Below are positions 1-14,900 of a stretch of DNA of 64,000 nucleotides, piece by piece. How positions within the stretch are numbered: position 1 is the stretch's first letter; every line of letters begins with the position of its first letter. The DNA is from Salinimicrobium sp. (GTDB lineage Archaea; Thermoplasmatota; Poseidoniia; Poseidoniales; Poseidoniaceae): assembly GCA_964228865.1 (NCBI GenBank), contig CAXRAI010000016.1, positions 54,440 to 118,439 of the forward strand. The letters are read 5' to 3'. The notes beneath the pieces are model-generated. The model was not told the origin of the DNA, made no database searches, and saw only the letters and a list, made by a program, of their open reading frames with translations. Made by a program: the position numbers and the translations under genes.

Positions 1-1498
1 GGCCGCCCGCGCCTCCTTCTTTGGCGACGTGAGCAAAGATTCGCTCATCCAGACGAAGGTCGTCCAGCCCCTCCGGATGGAGTTGGTAACGGCCATCTCC
101 GATCGGCGTCGCGGATTCAATGACCAAACGAACGTGGAGTTCTTCTCCATCCAGTCGGCCAAACGTGGCGCCTGAATGCGTCACGAGGGTCGATTCTGGA
201 ACACCGGGATGCGCGACGTCCCACAGTTGCGCCAACCGCTCATCGATGAGACCGTCCAAATCCAAGGCACCGTCCTGCTGAACGGCGGTGGAGGCAGAAA
301 TGAGGGGGTTGAAGACGCCACCAAGAAGGATGAGCACAAGCCCTGGGACGCTCAGGCCCCAGCGAAGCGAAATGGAGGTCGTGCGGCGCGTGAATTCGAG
401 CAAACCAAGGCACAGCAACATGAGGCCGGGGACAGCTCGCAATCCGCTTGGAGGGGCCGGCAGGGATTCTTCCGGGCCTGTCCCTTCCACCTGACCTCCT
501 CCGGAAGGGTAGAGCCCTTCCCCGGTGAATCCACTTGGATCCACCGGGCCCATGCCTTCGAAGCTGAGCAAGCCAGCCCACACATAGGGCTGGAAGCGAT
601 CGCTTTGCCCTTCGAGGCACAAGGTGGCCTCACCCTCCTGCAAGGCGCGCCAGCGGTAGCGGGTGAGGGTCCCGTCGTCGTCGGCCACCACCTCCACCTC
701 CGGCGTCGGTGCCATGAGACCGGTGGAGAGGCGGAGTTCCGGTTGCGTGGACTGCTGCTGAAGTTCCAAGGGAACAGCATCCCATGTGATGAGAACACGG
801 AGGACTTCGTGGGTCTCGATGTTGAACCGGAAGCAATCGGATTCGCTGCCGACCAAAGCACCGTCGTGAGCACTTTCAAACTCAACCGAGGCCGGTGAAC
901 TGCGTGAGCTTGGCTCATCGATGTCAGCGGCATCGGGGTCGGCCGACCAAGCAACGTCCATCTCGAACGTAGAATCCCCGTACAGATGAAGGGTCCATGT
1001 GGCGGGTCGGTCAACGGAAAAACTGAGCAACAGCCGGGCGCCGTCGCCTGGCCACATCACGCGCCCTTCATCCAAGTCCAAGGCCACCTCATCCTCGCTG
1101 TAGGCGGGCCAACTGCTGCCGTCTTCTGCTGCCATGGTCCACGACGTGGATCCACTCCCATGGACCAAGGTCATGGTCACATCTGGCCATGAAAGCCGTG
1201 TCGGGTCGTCGTCAAATCGAAGATCAACCTCCACGTCCGTCAACCGTTCTGGCAGCAAGGCCAGTTCATCCTGAGCGGGATAGAGTTCGAATTCGAGGAG
1301 CACGCGTTCTGGTGCAAAAGGCGTGCCTTGGCTCTGGCCGGAGACCTCGTCTTCACCAGAGGGCACGGTCGTCAGCCGGCAATCGCCCTCGGCCAAACAA
1401 GACAAATGTTGCACGTCGTCCTCCATTTGGAACCCGGCCGAAGCCAAGGGAAGGCTGAGCACCGCCACCATGGCGACCACAAGAAGAGCCAGCCTCAT
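1..1498 (-). CDS. Hypothetical secreted/membrane protein (3'-truncated by window edge; absent from the ORF track)
   Basis: Manual translation from ATG 1498 (ATGA overlap with the upstream stop at 1495-1497) gives MRLALLVVAMVAVLSLPLASAGFQMEDD..., with a signal peptide, an acidic ectodomain and two hydrophobic segments near 290-430. The frame stays open to base 1. Confidence 0.85.
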   Translation of the reverse strand, partial: MRLALLVVAMVAVLSLPLASAGFQMEDDVQHLSCLAEGDCRLTTVPSGEDEVSGQSQGTPFAPERVLLEFELYPAQDELALLPERLTDVEVDLRFDDDPTRLSWPDVTMTLVHGSGSTSWTMAAEDGSSWPAYSEDEVALDLDEGRVMWPGDGARLLLSFSVDRPATWTLHLYGDSTFEMDVAWSADPDAADIDEPSSRSSPASVEFESAHDGALVGSESDCFRFNIETHEVLRVLITWDAVPLELQQQSTQPELRLSTGLMAPTPEVEVVADDDGTLTRYRWRALQEGEATLCLEGQSDRFQPYVWAGLLSFEGMGPVDPSGFTGEGLYPSGGGQVEGTGPEESLPAPPSGLRAVPGLMLLCLGLLEFTRRTTSISLRWGLSVPGLVLILLGGVFNPLISASTAVQQDGALDLDGLIDERLAQLWDVAHPGVPESTLVTHSGATFGRLDGEELHVRLVIESATPIGDGRYQLHPEGLDDLRLDERIFAHVAKEGGAGG

Positions 1499-2052
1499 GC
1501 GTCCACCCCTTTGGCGGGCATGTCCTGGAGCACCTGCCCGCAACGCCGGCAGATGTAACGCCCATTGGCGCGGCGCTGTCGCGCATGCTTGACGTCGCAG
1601 GCTGGGCACGTCCACCACCACCGTGCAGAGGCCATGTGGAGCATGTGAGCAAAGGCTTCCGCACCCTCATCTTCGGAGGGACTCGGCCAGGCCGCTTCCC
1701 ATCGCCGGAAGGTGGCGTCGTGCCAACGATGCCCGGTGGCGTGGATGAGTTCGTGATGAAGCACGAAACGCGCATAGGGCCACCAGGTGGCGTCAAGCAA
1801 CCTCGGATGCAAGTCAATGACGCGGACCTCGTGCGGCTCAAGCCGATTGAGACGAGCGCCACGGACCCAGCGCGTGACCCCATGACGACGAACCGTCCCA
1901 CGGCGGAGCACACCGAGCGGAATACTTCGAAGTTGAGCAAGGTCATGGCCTTGCCACTCTGCCATGGCGCCCATGCCATCGAACACCTCGGCTTGGAGCA
2001 CCTCGAGCAGGCGAGTTTGCTCCGGAGTTGGGCGCAAGCAAACACCCCTCAC
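1495..2052 (-). CDS. SprT-like zinc metalloprotease with C-terminal Zn ribbon
   Basis: VLHHELIHATGHRWHDATF (HExxH...H) plus WTCPAC...YICRRCG. The probable GTG start overlaps the upstream TGA; the exact start is uncertain. Confidence 0.8.
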   Translation of the reverse strand: MRGVCLRPTPEQTRLLEVLQAEVFDGMGAMAEWQGHDLAQLRSIPLGVLRRGTVRRHGVTRWVRGARLNRLEPHEVRVIDLHPRLLDATWWPYARFVLHHELIHATGHRWHDATFRRWEAAWPSPSEDEGAEAFAHMLHMASARWWWTCPACDVKHARQRRANGRYICRRCGQVLQDMPAKGVDA

Positions 2053-2519
2053 GACCAACGATGGTAGGCAGGATGGCCTTCCTTGACGGCGACAAACATG
2101 CCTTCGCCCTCTGCGCACCGCATTCCTTCGGCCTCAAGGGCCATGTCCACCCATGCTTTTCTTCCTTCGATCTTGGTCACGCGGGCCGTCACCCGCAAAT
2201 CCGTGTCCATCGGGGTGGGCCTCAACAAGCGGACGGTGTACGAGGCGGTCACGGTGCAAGGGACGTCTTCGGCAGCGCCAGCGTCCATCAACCCCACCGC
2301 TGCGGCCCAGTTGCCGTGGCAATCAAGCAAGGTACCGATGATGCCGCCGTTGACCATGCCCGGAAAGGCGTGGTGATGTGGCTCTGGGCGAAAGATGGCG
2401 ACCAATTCCTCGCCTTCGCGGTAGGAATTGATGCGAAGACCATGGGGGTTGGCCGGTCCGCAGCCGTAGCAGATTGATGTGGGGGCAAAGGTGCGTTGCA
2501 CACCCTCTTGCGAAGCCAT
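2049..2519 (-). CDS. PaaI-family (hotdog-fold) thioesterase
   Basis: CYGCGPANPHGL, HHAFPGMVNGGIIGTLLD, VTASYTVRLLRPTP. The real start is MASQEG at 2519, inside the longer track ORF. Confidence 0.9.
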   Translation of the reverse strand: MASQEGVQRTFAPTSICYGCGPANPHGLRINSYREGEELVAIFRPEPHHHAFPGMVNGGIIGTLLDCHGNWAAAVGLMDAGAAEDVPCTVTASYTVRLLRPTPMDTDLRVTARVTKIEGRKAWVDMALEAEGMRCAEGEGMFVAVKEGHPAYHRWS

Positions 2520-2594
2520 GCCAAGGCATGGAGAAGGGGGCCTTTCAGATGTACGCATCCCACCATTGATGAACGGCCTGTCCAAGGCAGAGGC

Positions 2595-3923
2595 GTGGCC
2601 GGTCAGAAGAAGCGGCGGGTCATCAAGACCGCGCACGAAATTCCGAAGCGCCGCAAGCGTGCCATCGAGGAGGCCTTGGCCGCCCACGAACCCAGCAACA
2701 ACCCGGAGTGGGACCGTGGAGCGGAGTGGGGGCCGCTCCGTTTCATGCGAAAACGGATCGCTCCAGGGACCTTCCGAACGGTGCATGTGCCGTTGCTGAA
2801 CGTCAGCATGGGCGACCAATGGCCCATCCCGGTCACGGTCTTTCACGGCAAGAGGCCGGGGCCGACCATCAACGTCCTCGGTGCGGTTCATGGCGACGAA
2901 CTGACCGGACCAAGCGCCTGCACGCACCTGCTTTCCACGAAATTCACCGAGCCGGGAGGCGCGCTCGATCCTTCCAACATGGCGGGGACCGTCCGCATCA
3001 TCCCCGTGGTCAACCTCCCCGGTTTTCGCGCCAAGTCCCGTTACCTCCCCGACGGACGTGACCTGAACCGAAGCTTCCCAGGTTCGCCAACCTCGAACAC
3101 CACGCGCCGGGTGGCCCATCAACTCTGGACCACCCTGATGGAGGATGCAGACGCCATCATCGATTTTCACACCGCGGCCAAAGGCCGCTCGAACATGCCG
3201 CAACTGCGCGTTGACCTCGCCCACCCGTCCTCCTATCTTCTCGCCAAGGCCTTCGGTGCCGAGGTGGTGTTGGACTCCCAACCCCCGCGCGGTAGCCTAA
3301 GGCGGGCGGCCAACGAGGAAGGAATCCCCTGCATCACCTACGAAGGCGGGGCAGCGGACACCTTGGAGCAATCCGCGGTCAAGGTCGCCTTCGAAGGCAC
3401 GCTCAATGTGCTTCGCTCCCTGAAGATGGTCCCCGGACGGCCGACTCGGCCTGCGTTCCGCTTGCTGGCCTCAGGCTCTCGCTGGCTCAGGGCCAGCGAA
3501 GGCGGCCTGCTGGACGTTTTCGTCCGTGAAGGGACCATGATGCGTGAGGGCGAGGTCGTGGCCACGATCTCAGACCCGGGCTCTCCCGGGATGTCCGTGG
3601 ACATCGTGGCGCCCGAGGACGGGCTCATGATTTCCATCGCCACGAACCCCTTCGTGACCGCGGGCATGCCCGTAGGGCACTTCCTCCCTCTCAACAAACA
3701 CAGCGCTCTGGTCGAACGTCACGTCAACGAGGACGGGAGGCTTCAGATGACCGCCGCTGAGGGTGAACCGATCTGGCGAGAAGAGCAAGACGTCGAGGAA
3801 GTGACCGTCGAAGAGTCAACGTCGGAGGAAGCGGAATGGGTGGCCGCCGTCTTCGACCTCGAACATGAGGAGAAGGGCGAAGCCGACGGTGGCCCTGAGC
3901 CAAATCAGGAGCTTGACTCGTAA
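2595..3923 (+). CDS. Succinylglutamate desuccinylase/aspartoacylase (AstE/AspA, M14-like) family protein
   Basis: GAVHGDELTG, DLNRSFPG, IIDFHT and ITYEGG motifs; C-terminal lipoyl-like barrel and acidic tail. GTG start at 2595 is inferred. Confidence 0.9.
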   Translation: MAGQKKRRVIKTAHEIPKRRKRAIEEALAAHEPSNNPEWDRGAEWGPLRFMRKRIAPGTFRTVHVPLLNVSMGDQWPIPVTVFHGKRPGPTINVLGAVHGDELTGPSACTHLLSTKFTEPGGALDPSNMAGTVRIIPVVNLPGFRAKSRYLPDGRDLNRSFPGSPTSNTTRRVAHQLWTTLMEDADAIIDFHTAAKGRSNMPQLRVDLAHPSSYLLAKAFGAEVVLDSQPPRGSLRRAANEEGIPCITYEGGAADTLEQSAVKVAFEGTLNVLRSLKMVPGRPTRPAFRLLASGSRWLRASEGGLLDVFVREGTMMREGEVVATISDPGSPGMSVDIVAPEDGLMISIATNPFVTAGMPVGHFLPLNKHSALVERHVNEDGRLQMTAAEGEPIWREEQDVEEVTVEESTSEEAEWVAAVFDLEHEEKGEADGGPEPNQELDS

Positions 3924-5164
3924 GCGACGATGGCCGCTTCGACCTCGTCGTCTTCCATCAGACGACGCTGTGATTTTGCAACCTCAAACAGGTGCGCAAC
4001 GAGGTCATCGCTCGCTTCGCGACCCCGTTGCTCGAGCCAGTGGACGATGTTCGAGCGCCCGGCCATGTGACCAATACGAATCCGCTGTTGGAGGCCAAAA
4101 TCCCCGGCGGGAACGCCGCTATAGACACGGTCAGCTAGCCAATGGTCACCTTTGCGCATGGCCTTGATGACCGCAGAGGCGTGAACACCTGTGCCGGTCT
4201 CAAACGCATCGTCACCAAACACGGGGTAGTTGCGGGGCAAGGGCACACCGGTGTAGGCATGGGCCTTCTTCACGTACTCCCCAAGAAGGGTCAGATCGTT
4301 GTCGATGGCGCCCATGAGCTTCAGGTTCACCAAGGTCTGGTCAAGAGGTGCGTTGCCTGAACGTTCACCCAGTCCGAGCGCGGTACCGTGAATCACGTCG
4401 GCACCGGCTTGGACGGCAGCGAGGTTGTTGGCCACGCCGAGACCGCGGTCCTGATGGCCGTGCCAGTTGACCTCAATGTCTGAACGCCGGTAGCCTGCAT
4501 CCTTGATGACGTGCTCGTCGATGAAACCGAGGAGGCTGCGAACGCCGTCTGGCGTGACGTGCCCGCAGGTGTCGCACACGCAAAGGCGACGTACGCCGAG
4601 TTCGAGGGCGCGCTGATAGACGCCGATGATGTCCTCAGGCTTGGAACGGGTCGTGTCTTCGGTGACAAACATCACGGGGATGTCTTGCTCGACAGCGAAA
4701 CCAACCGCGCCTTCCATCGTATTGAGCAACTTCTCCATGGTCCAGTTTTCGGCGTACATGCGAATGGGGCTTGTGCCCAAGAACGCAGATGCCTGAATCT
4801 CCATGCCGTGCTTGGCCTGCAGATCGACCAAGGGCTCGATGTCAGACACCACGGTGCGGACCGCACAACCCGGACGTATGGTGTAGTCGTTTTCGCTGAT
4901 GTGGGTCAGCATCGCGTCGATGTGTTCGAGGTGGAATGGCCCCGCCCCAGGCAAGCCGAGGTCGACTTTCTGAAGGCCCAGGCGCTCCATGTAATCCAGC
5001 AATTCCTTCTTCTGCTCGATGGATGGATTCAGCGCGGAGGGGCTTTGCAAGCCGTCACGCAAGGTCTCGTCGTCAAACCAAATCTCGTGAGGATGACGGC
5101 TGGCATCGCGTGAAAACTCACCGTCAGAAACGTTCCAATCGTGAATGAGACGTGTTTCATCCAT
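3905..5164 (-). CDS. leuA: 2-isopropylmalate synthase family (DRE-TIM metallolyase), short form without regulatory domain
   Basis: DETLRDGLQ, CDTCG, HGHQDRGLGVAN and GLGERSGNAPL motifs. Exact substrate (isopropylmalate, homocitrate or citramalate) cannot be resolved. Confidence 0.75.
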   Translation of the reverse strand: MDETRLIHDWNVSDGEFSRDASRHPHEIWFDDETLRDGLQSPSALNPSIEQKKELLDYMERLGLQKVDLGLPGAGPFHLEHIDAMLTHISENDYTIRPGCAVRTVVSDIEPLVDLQAKHGMEIQASAFLGTSPIRMYAENWTMEKLLNTMEGAVGFAVEQDIPVMFVTEDTTRSKPEDIIGVYQRALELGVRRLCVCDTCGHVTPDGVRSLLGFIDEHVIKDAGYRRSDIEVNWHGHQDRGLGVANNLAAVQAGADVIHGTALGLGERSGNAPLDQTLVNLKLMGAIDNDLTLLGEYVKKAHAYTGVPLPRNYPVFGDDAFETGTGVHASAVIKAMRKGDHWLADRVYSGVPAGDFGLQQRIRIGHMAGRSNIVHWLEQRGREASDDLVAHLFEVAKSQRRLMEDDEVEAAIVAYESSS

Positions 5165-5251
5165 GCCTTCACCTCCCGTCGACGACGCGCGACGCGGTGT
5201 TTCCGCCAACCCGCGGGAGGGTTTGAAGGCGTCGGAGGAACCACAGCCGTC

Positions 5252-10121
<4,870 letters not shown>

Positions 10122-10123
10122 CT

Positions 10124-10918
10124 ATGGCCGAACTCAAGGTATGTGTCTCATTGGAAAGCACGACCGTTGACGAGATGGTCGATGAAGCTGCCCGCGCGAA
10201 CCTTTCCGGGGCCGACATGGTCGAAATTCGGTTCGACCGGTTGTGGCTTGACAAACCCGAGCCCGAGATCGTGGAGGACGAAAACGGCCGCACACGGGAG
10301 GTCATGTCGCTTGAGAACACGTGGGCTGTGAACGATCTTGAGCACGTCGAGGTTGACGCCGCCCTGGACCGTTTGGTGGAAGGCATTCAATCCGAGGCGA
10401 TGTTCACCATCCGCAGTCAGACCCAAGGCGGATTTTTCCCAGGAACCGAGGACCAGCGCCTTGCCATCCTCGATGCTGCCCTCGGCCGAGGCATTCAGTG
10501 GGTTGACCTCGAAGAAAACATCGAGAGCGGCACCCGCGAAGGCCTCGTCGCCAAGGCTCGAGAGGCCGGCATCAGCATCGTGGTGAGTCGACATGAAGCC
10601 AGCACCCCTGGCGCCGAGGACATTGCGACGTGGGTCAAGGATTCCGCAGCCTACGGCGACCTCGTCAAGTTCTGCTCAATGATTTCCAACCCATCCGATG
10701 CCATTCAACTCGTTCAGGCCTCGATGGACCTCAAGGACGGCGAAGTGAAGTTCAGCATCATGGGCCTCGGCCCCGGTGGCGACTGGACACGCCTGCACGC
10801 TCCAGTGATGGGCCAGAGCCTGGTCTACGCCACCATGCGCACCGAGTATGCACTCAAAGACGAAGGCCGCATCAACGTGCGTGACGTTCGCGATGCGTGG
10901 CAGTTGCTCGAGTACTGA
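10124..10918 (+). CDS. aroD: Type I 3-dehydroquinate dehydratase (divergent)
   Basis: EIRFD, FTIRS..QGG, SRH catalytic His, VK Schiff-base Lys, MGLG.GGDWTR. Confidence 0.8.
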   Translation: MAELKVCVSLESTTVDEMVDEAARANLSGADMVEIRFDRLWLDKPEPEIVEDENGRTREVMSLENTWAVNDLEHVEVDAALDRLVEGIQSEAMFTIRSQTQGGFFPGTEDQRLAILDAALGRGIQWVDLEENIESGTREGLVAKAREAGISIVVSRHEASTPGAEDIATWVKDSAAYGDLVKFCSMISNPSDAIQLVQASMDLKDGEVKFSIMGLGPGGDWTRLHAPVMGQSLVYATMRTEYALKDEGRINVRDVRDAWQLLEY

Positions 10919-11890
10919 TCAGGCCTCGACAGGATCCAGTCCAGCGTTCGAATAGCGGTGCTGAATGACGGCCGGCACGGCCACCATCCCACCAAGCAAG
11001 ACGATCAGCACCAGGGCCACGCTTGCCGGGGGCATGACAAAGGAGCGGGGCGTGGCAACCGCCGCCACATCAGCGTAGACCGCTGATTCCGGAGGCATTG
11101 CGTCCTTCCCGTGGCCGTTGTCCCACGTGTCAATGACGAGGTAGAAGTCTTCCCACATCTCGCCGCTGAACAAGGAACGGCTGACTTCGGCTTTGTCCAG
11201 ACTTAGGCTGAAGGACACTTCTTCCACGGACTCATAGGCGTGGACGTCGCGGTAAGTGGTCCACCCCATGGGGTCATAACGCCTCAATTCTGGTGCTCGA
11301 TCGGCAAGAAGGTCATCGATGTCGTCCCACCATCCATACGAACTGTGGGCGTTGTTGTACGATTGCTCGTAACGCTGGTATTCCGAGGTGGTCAAGAGGT
11401 AGACGTCGGCTTCAACCGGCAGGCGGTTTCCGTCTTCGTCGAGGTTGCCATAGAGCGTGACACAGAAGGTCATGCGATGCTCGGCAGAGAGGTTGAACCG
11501 ATAGGCGCCAACGCTGTCGTTTCCAACCGCCATGGTGGCCTGCATGGAGGTCCGCATTGGAGAGAGCGGCTGAGGGTACCGCCAATTGACCATCCAGTCC
11601 TCTTCAGGGTGGAGGGAGCTGTTGCGCGCGGTCTCACCGGTGGTGGCGTACTGTTGAGCACGCTGGTCTTCGTCCATGTACCAATCGTCGTAGTAGTTGT
11701 AAACGTTCCAAGGCACCAATGCGGCCCGGTCAACGGTCTTGTTCCAATCCGCATCCAGAAGGTCTGACCCGCATGCTTCACTTGCCGGGGCCGCAGCCAC
11801 GGGGACCGCGAGGAAGGCTGCGAGGCAGGGCGCCAAGAACAGCCAAACCCCCAAGGTGGCCGTCAGCGGGCGCCTCGGCGCGTCATCCAT
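10919..11890 (-). CDS. Hypothetical membrane-anchored extracellular protein
   Basis: N-terminal signal peptide, aromatic/acidic ectodomain and C-terminal TM helix. Its stop abuts the aroD stop. Confidence 0.8.
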   Translation of the reverse strand: MDDAPRRPLTATLGVWLFLAPCLAAFLAVPVAAAPASEACGSDLLDADWNKTVDRAALVPWNVYNYYDDWYMDEDQRAQQYATTGETARNSSLHPEEDWMVNWRYPQPLSPMRTSMQATMAVGNDSVGAYRFNLSAEHRMTFCVTLYGNLDEDGNRLPVEADVYLLTTSEYQRYEQSYNNAHSSYGWWDDIDDLLADRAPELRRYDPMGWTTYRDVHAYESVEEVSFSLSLDKAEVSRSLFSGEMWEDFYLVIDTWDNGHGKDAMPPESAVYADVAAVATPRSFVMPPASVALVLIVLLGGMVAVPAVIQHRYSNAGLDPVEA

Positions 11891-11928
11891 GCAACCGCCT
11901 CGCGCTCCCGGCCATTGAACCTGACCGT

Positions 11929-14900
11929 TCAGCGACGCCGCAACGGCCGGACGTAGCCGCTCGCTTCGTCCCTTCGTTCTTCCTTCCGCAGGATTCGAGG
12001 AGCAGGAGGTGCTCGGTGATCGTCGATACCTAGCATGCCATCGACCTCGACCCGCTCGACGTCCGCGTAGGCTTCTGCGTCCTTCGTGGCCGCTTCTTCG
12101 TCCTCAGTTGGCGCCCGCATCACCAGATAACCAAGCACCAAGGCCGCGATCACAAGTCCCAGGAAAAGGGCGGCATCGGCTCCAATGGAGCGCATCCAAG
12201 CGCTCCAATCTTCACGCGAAAATTCGGAAAGTGAAGGCGGGAGCGTGCTTTGGGGAGAGACGTCGATTTCGAGGTCCATGACCGCGCACTGATTCAGAGC
12301 ATCGCACGCCTCGATTCGAACGGTTCGACGACCGGCTTCGTCGTACACGGTCGCCACGCGATAGGTGTCCTCACGAACGGGTGCAACCCAGTCGTTGTCG
12401 GTCACGCCGTCACCGTCTGTGTCGACCTCAAGGTCGAGTTCCCACAAGGCTGCGATGCGTTGTTCAAGCAACACATCGCAATCCTCCATGGAGCCGTCGT
12501 TCACGTCCTCATCACGGCAGAGCGTTCCGTCTTTGTCCAGTTGTGCAAAGGTCACTTGCGCATCGATGATGGCATTGATGCCAGCGACGAACTCGTCAGG
12601 GATATCGATGAGCGTCACTTCTGGAGGCGCATCAATGACCACCGTAAACTGGGCCCGGGTCACGTCACCGGTCAGGTGCGCATCGCGGACGGTGAGGGTG
12701 ATCGTGTAGTTGCCCGGCTCAGCGTACGCGTGCCAAGGCGACGGCGTGTAGGACAAAGCCGAGCCGTCACCGAAATCCCAGACGTACTCCACCAGCCCGT
12801 TCCAGTCTTCAGAAGCTGGCTCCATTGGGACAAGCCTACCCTCGAAACGAGCATCGCCGTCACGCGTCCCGTCCGAATCGAAGTAAAGCAAGGTTCCCGG
12901 TGAAGCATGGACGGACCCGGCGTCGTCGAAGGTCCTCTTGAGGGTCACAACACCCACATCACCGTCGAACGGTGTGGTGACCTCGACAAGGCTGCCGTTC
13001 AACCACGCCTCGACGATGCGAACCTCGATGAGCGGCACGGGATTGATGACGTCGAAAGTTACGGTCCTCGGAGCGCTTTGGGCGCCGTCGGCGTCCGTGA
13101 CGACCAAGGTCACGCTCTGGATGCCGGGCGTGGCGAAGGTAAACCGGGGCTGAACCTCGGTTGAATTGCTACCGTCAGGGAAGGTCCAGTTGAAACTCAA
13201 GTCGTTTTGATCTCCGACCAACCCGTCCGGATCGGTGCTGTCTCGAGCGTTGAAGACGTAGGGAATATCGGGTTGGATGTCTGACGTCAAGAGGTCCAGC
13301 GTTTCGCTCGATGAGGCCTCACGAACGTTGAACGTCGCCGTAGGGCGTTGGTTTTCGACGATGACCTCCAACGTGGCCAACGATGTGCCGCCGTCATCGT
13401 CCACGACGGTGACCTCGACGGTGTAGGTGCCTGCACGCTCCCACGCCACGACCGGCTGTGCGCTGGTGGCCAAGACGGTGTTGAAATCGCTGGTGCGGTC
13501 CACGGTACCAGATCCGAGGTGGACACCGCCTGGGAAAGACCAGCTCCACGATTCAATGGTCCCGTCTTGGTCCTCAAACACAAGCGGCATCACCGTAGGC
13601 GTCTGGGTCACGGTCATGATGGGGCCGGCCTCAATCTGAACAGGAAGGCGGTTGTTGACCACGACGTCGACCGCCTTGGTGCCCATGTTGGCCCCGTCGG
13701 AAACGCTCAACACGAGCGTGAAGGTCTCGTTTTGTCCATCGATGTCGGTCCAAGCATGATTGGCACTGAACATGCCTGGGCCTTCGTCAACGGTACCGTC
13801 GCCCCAATCCCACGAATAGTTGAGGAAATTGGTCGGAACATTGTCCGTGGTCCGGCCTGCTGAAAACAGGATGCGCTGGTCCACCATGACGCTGATGGTA
13901 TCTCCAACGACCTGGTTGTTGATGGTGATGATCGGAATGGGGTCCGTGTTGTCGATGACCTCGATGGGCAACACGTCAACCTCGGACCACAGGCCCCCGA
14001 AATCCTTGACTTGGAGGGTCACGTTGTACAGGCCGATGGTTTCGTAACCTCGAACGGGGGACTTGAGCCCGCTTGTTTGGTTGTCGCCAAAGTCCCAGGC
14101 GTAGGCAACTGGCGGGTCGAGGTAGGGCAGCGTGTTGTTGACCAAGGAGAGGCCCCATGCGTCAAAACCGTCGCCGCTGAAAGCCACGTCATTCCAACTC
14201 AGGGTGAGGTTCGTCGAAACCGATCCGTTGGACACGGGGCGCATGTTGGCCACGGTCAGGGGTGCGCTGGTGGTCTCGTCGACGTTGTTTCCAAGCAGGT
14301 CACGCATGGTGAATTCGAAGGTGTACTGCCCGTCGGCGTTTGGCGTGAAGAACACCGACGTGCTCACGGGCTGACCACCGCCGGCCTCAACACGAGCGTC
14401 GAGGCGGTCCACGACGGCTCCCGTCCCGTCACGCACGGCGACATCGACGTCAAGGTCTTCGAAGAAGGCGTTTGAGAGCACGTCAAACTCGAGTTCCACC
14501 GTGTCGTCAAGGCCATCGCCATCGCGGTCTGAAGTGGTCACGTTTCCAGTGTCGATCGTCGCCGGAGCGGTGATTCGTGCCGCCTCAAGGTCGATGGTCC
14601 CCGTTGGGTAACTTGGACCGCAACTGGTGTAGTCGCAATCACCGATGCTGCTGGCCAGCCAAACGATCACCCACACCTCATCGGTGAGGTTTCCAAAGCC
14701 GGGAACAAGGGCCGTGGCCTGGGAGTTACTGAAGGTCAAATCGCTCACGGTGAGCAAGCCGTCCGAAGCAGCCTGCGTGACCACGACGCCGTCGAAGTCT
14801 GCACGATCTCCGGTCACGCGAAGGGTCAACGGCGCTGGAGAAGCGGAACCTGGTGTGAGCTTGAACGACCGGATGCCCCATCCTTCCATCGTGTGGCCCG

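Noticed and set aside
2520..3281. N-terminal extensions in track ORFs (thioesterase to 3281, gyrB to 10118, ParB-like to 23787, DUF357 to 33007)
   Set aside because: They overlap real genes or promoters. Downstream starts match family N-termini, SD sequences or promoter spacing.
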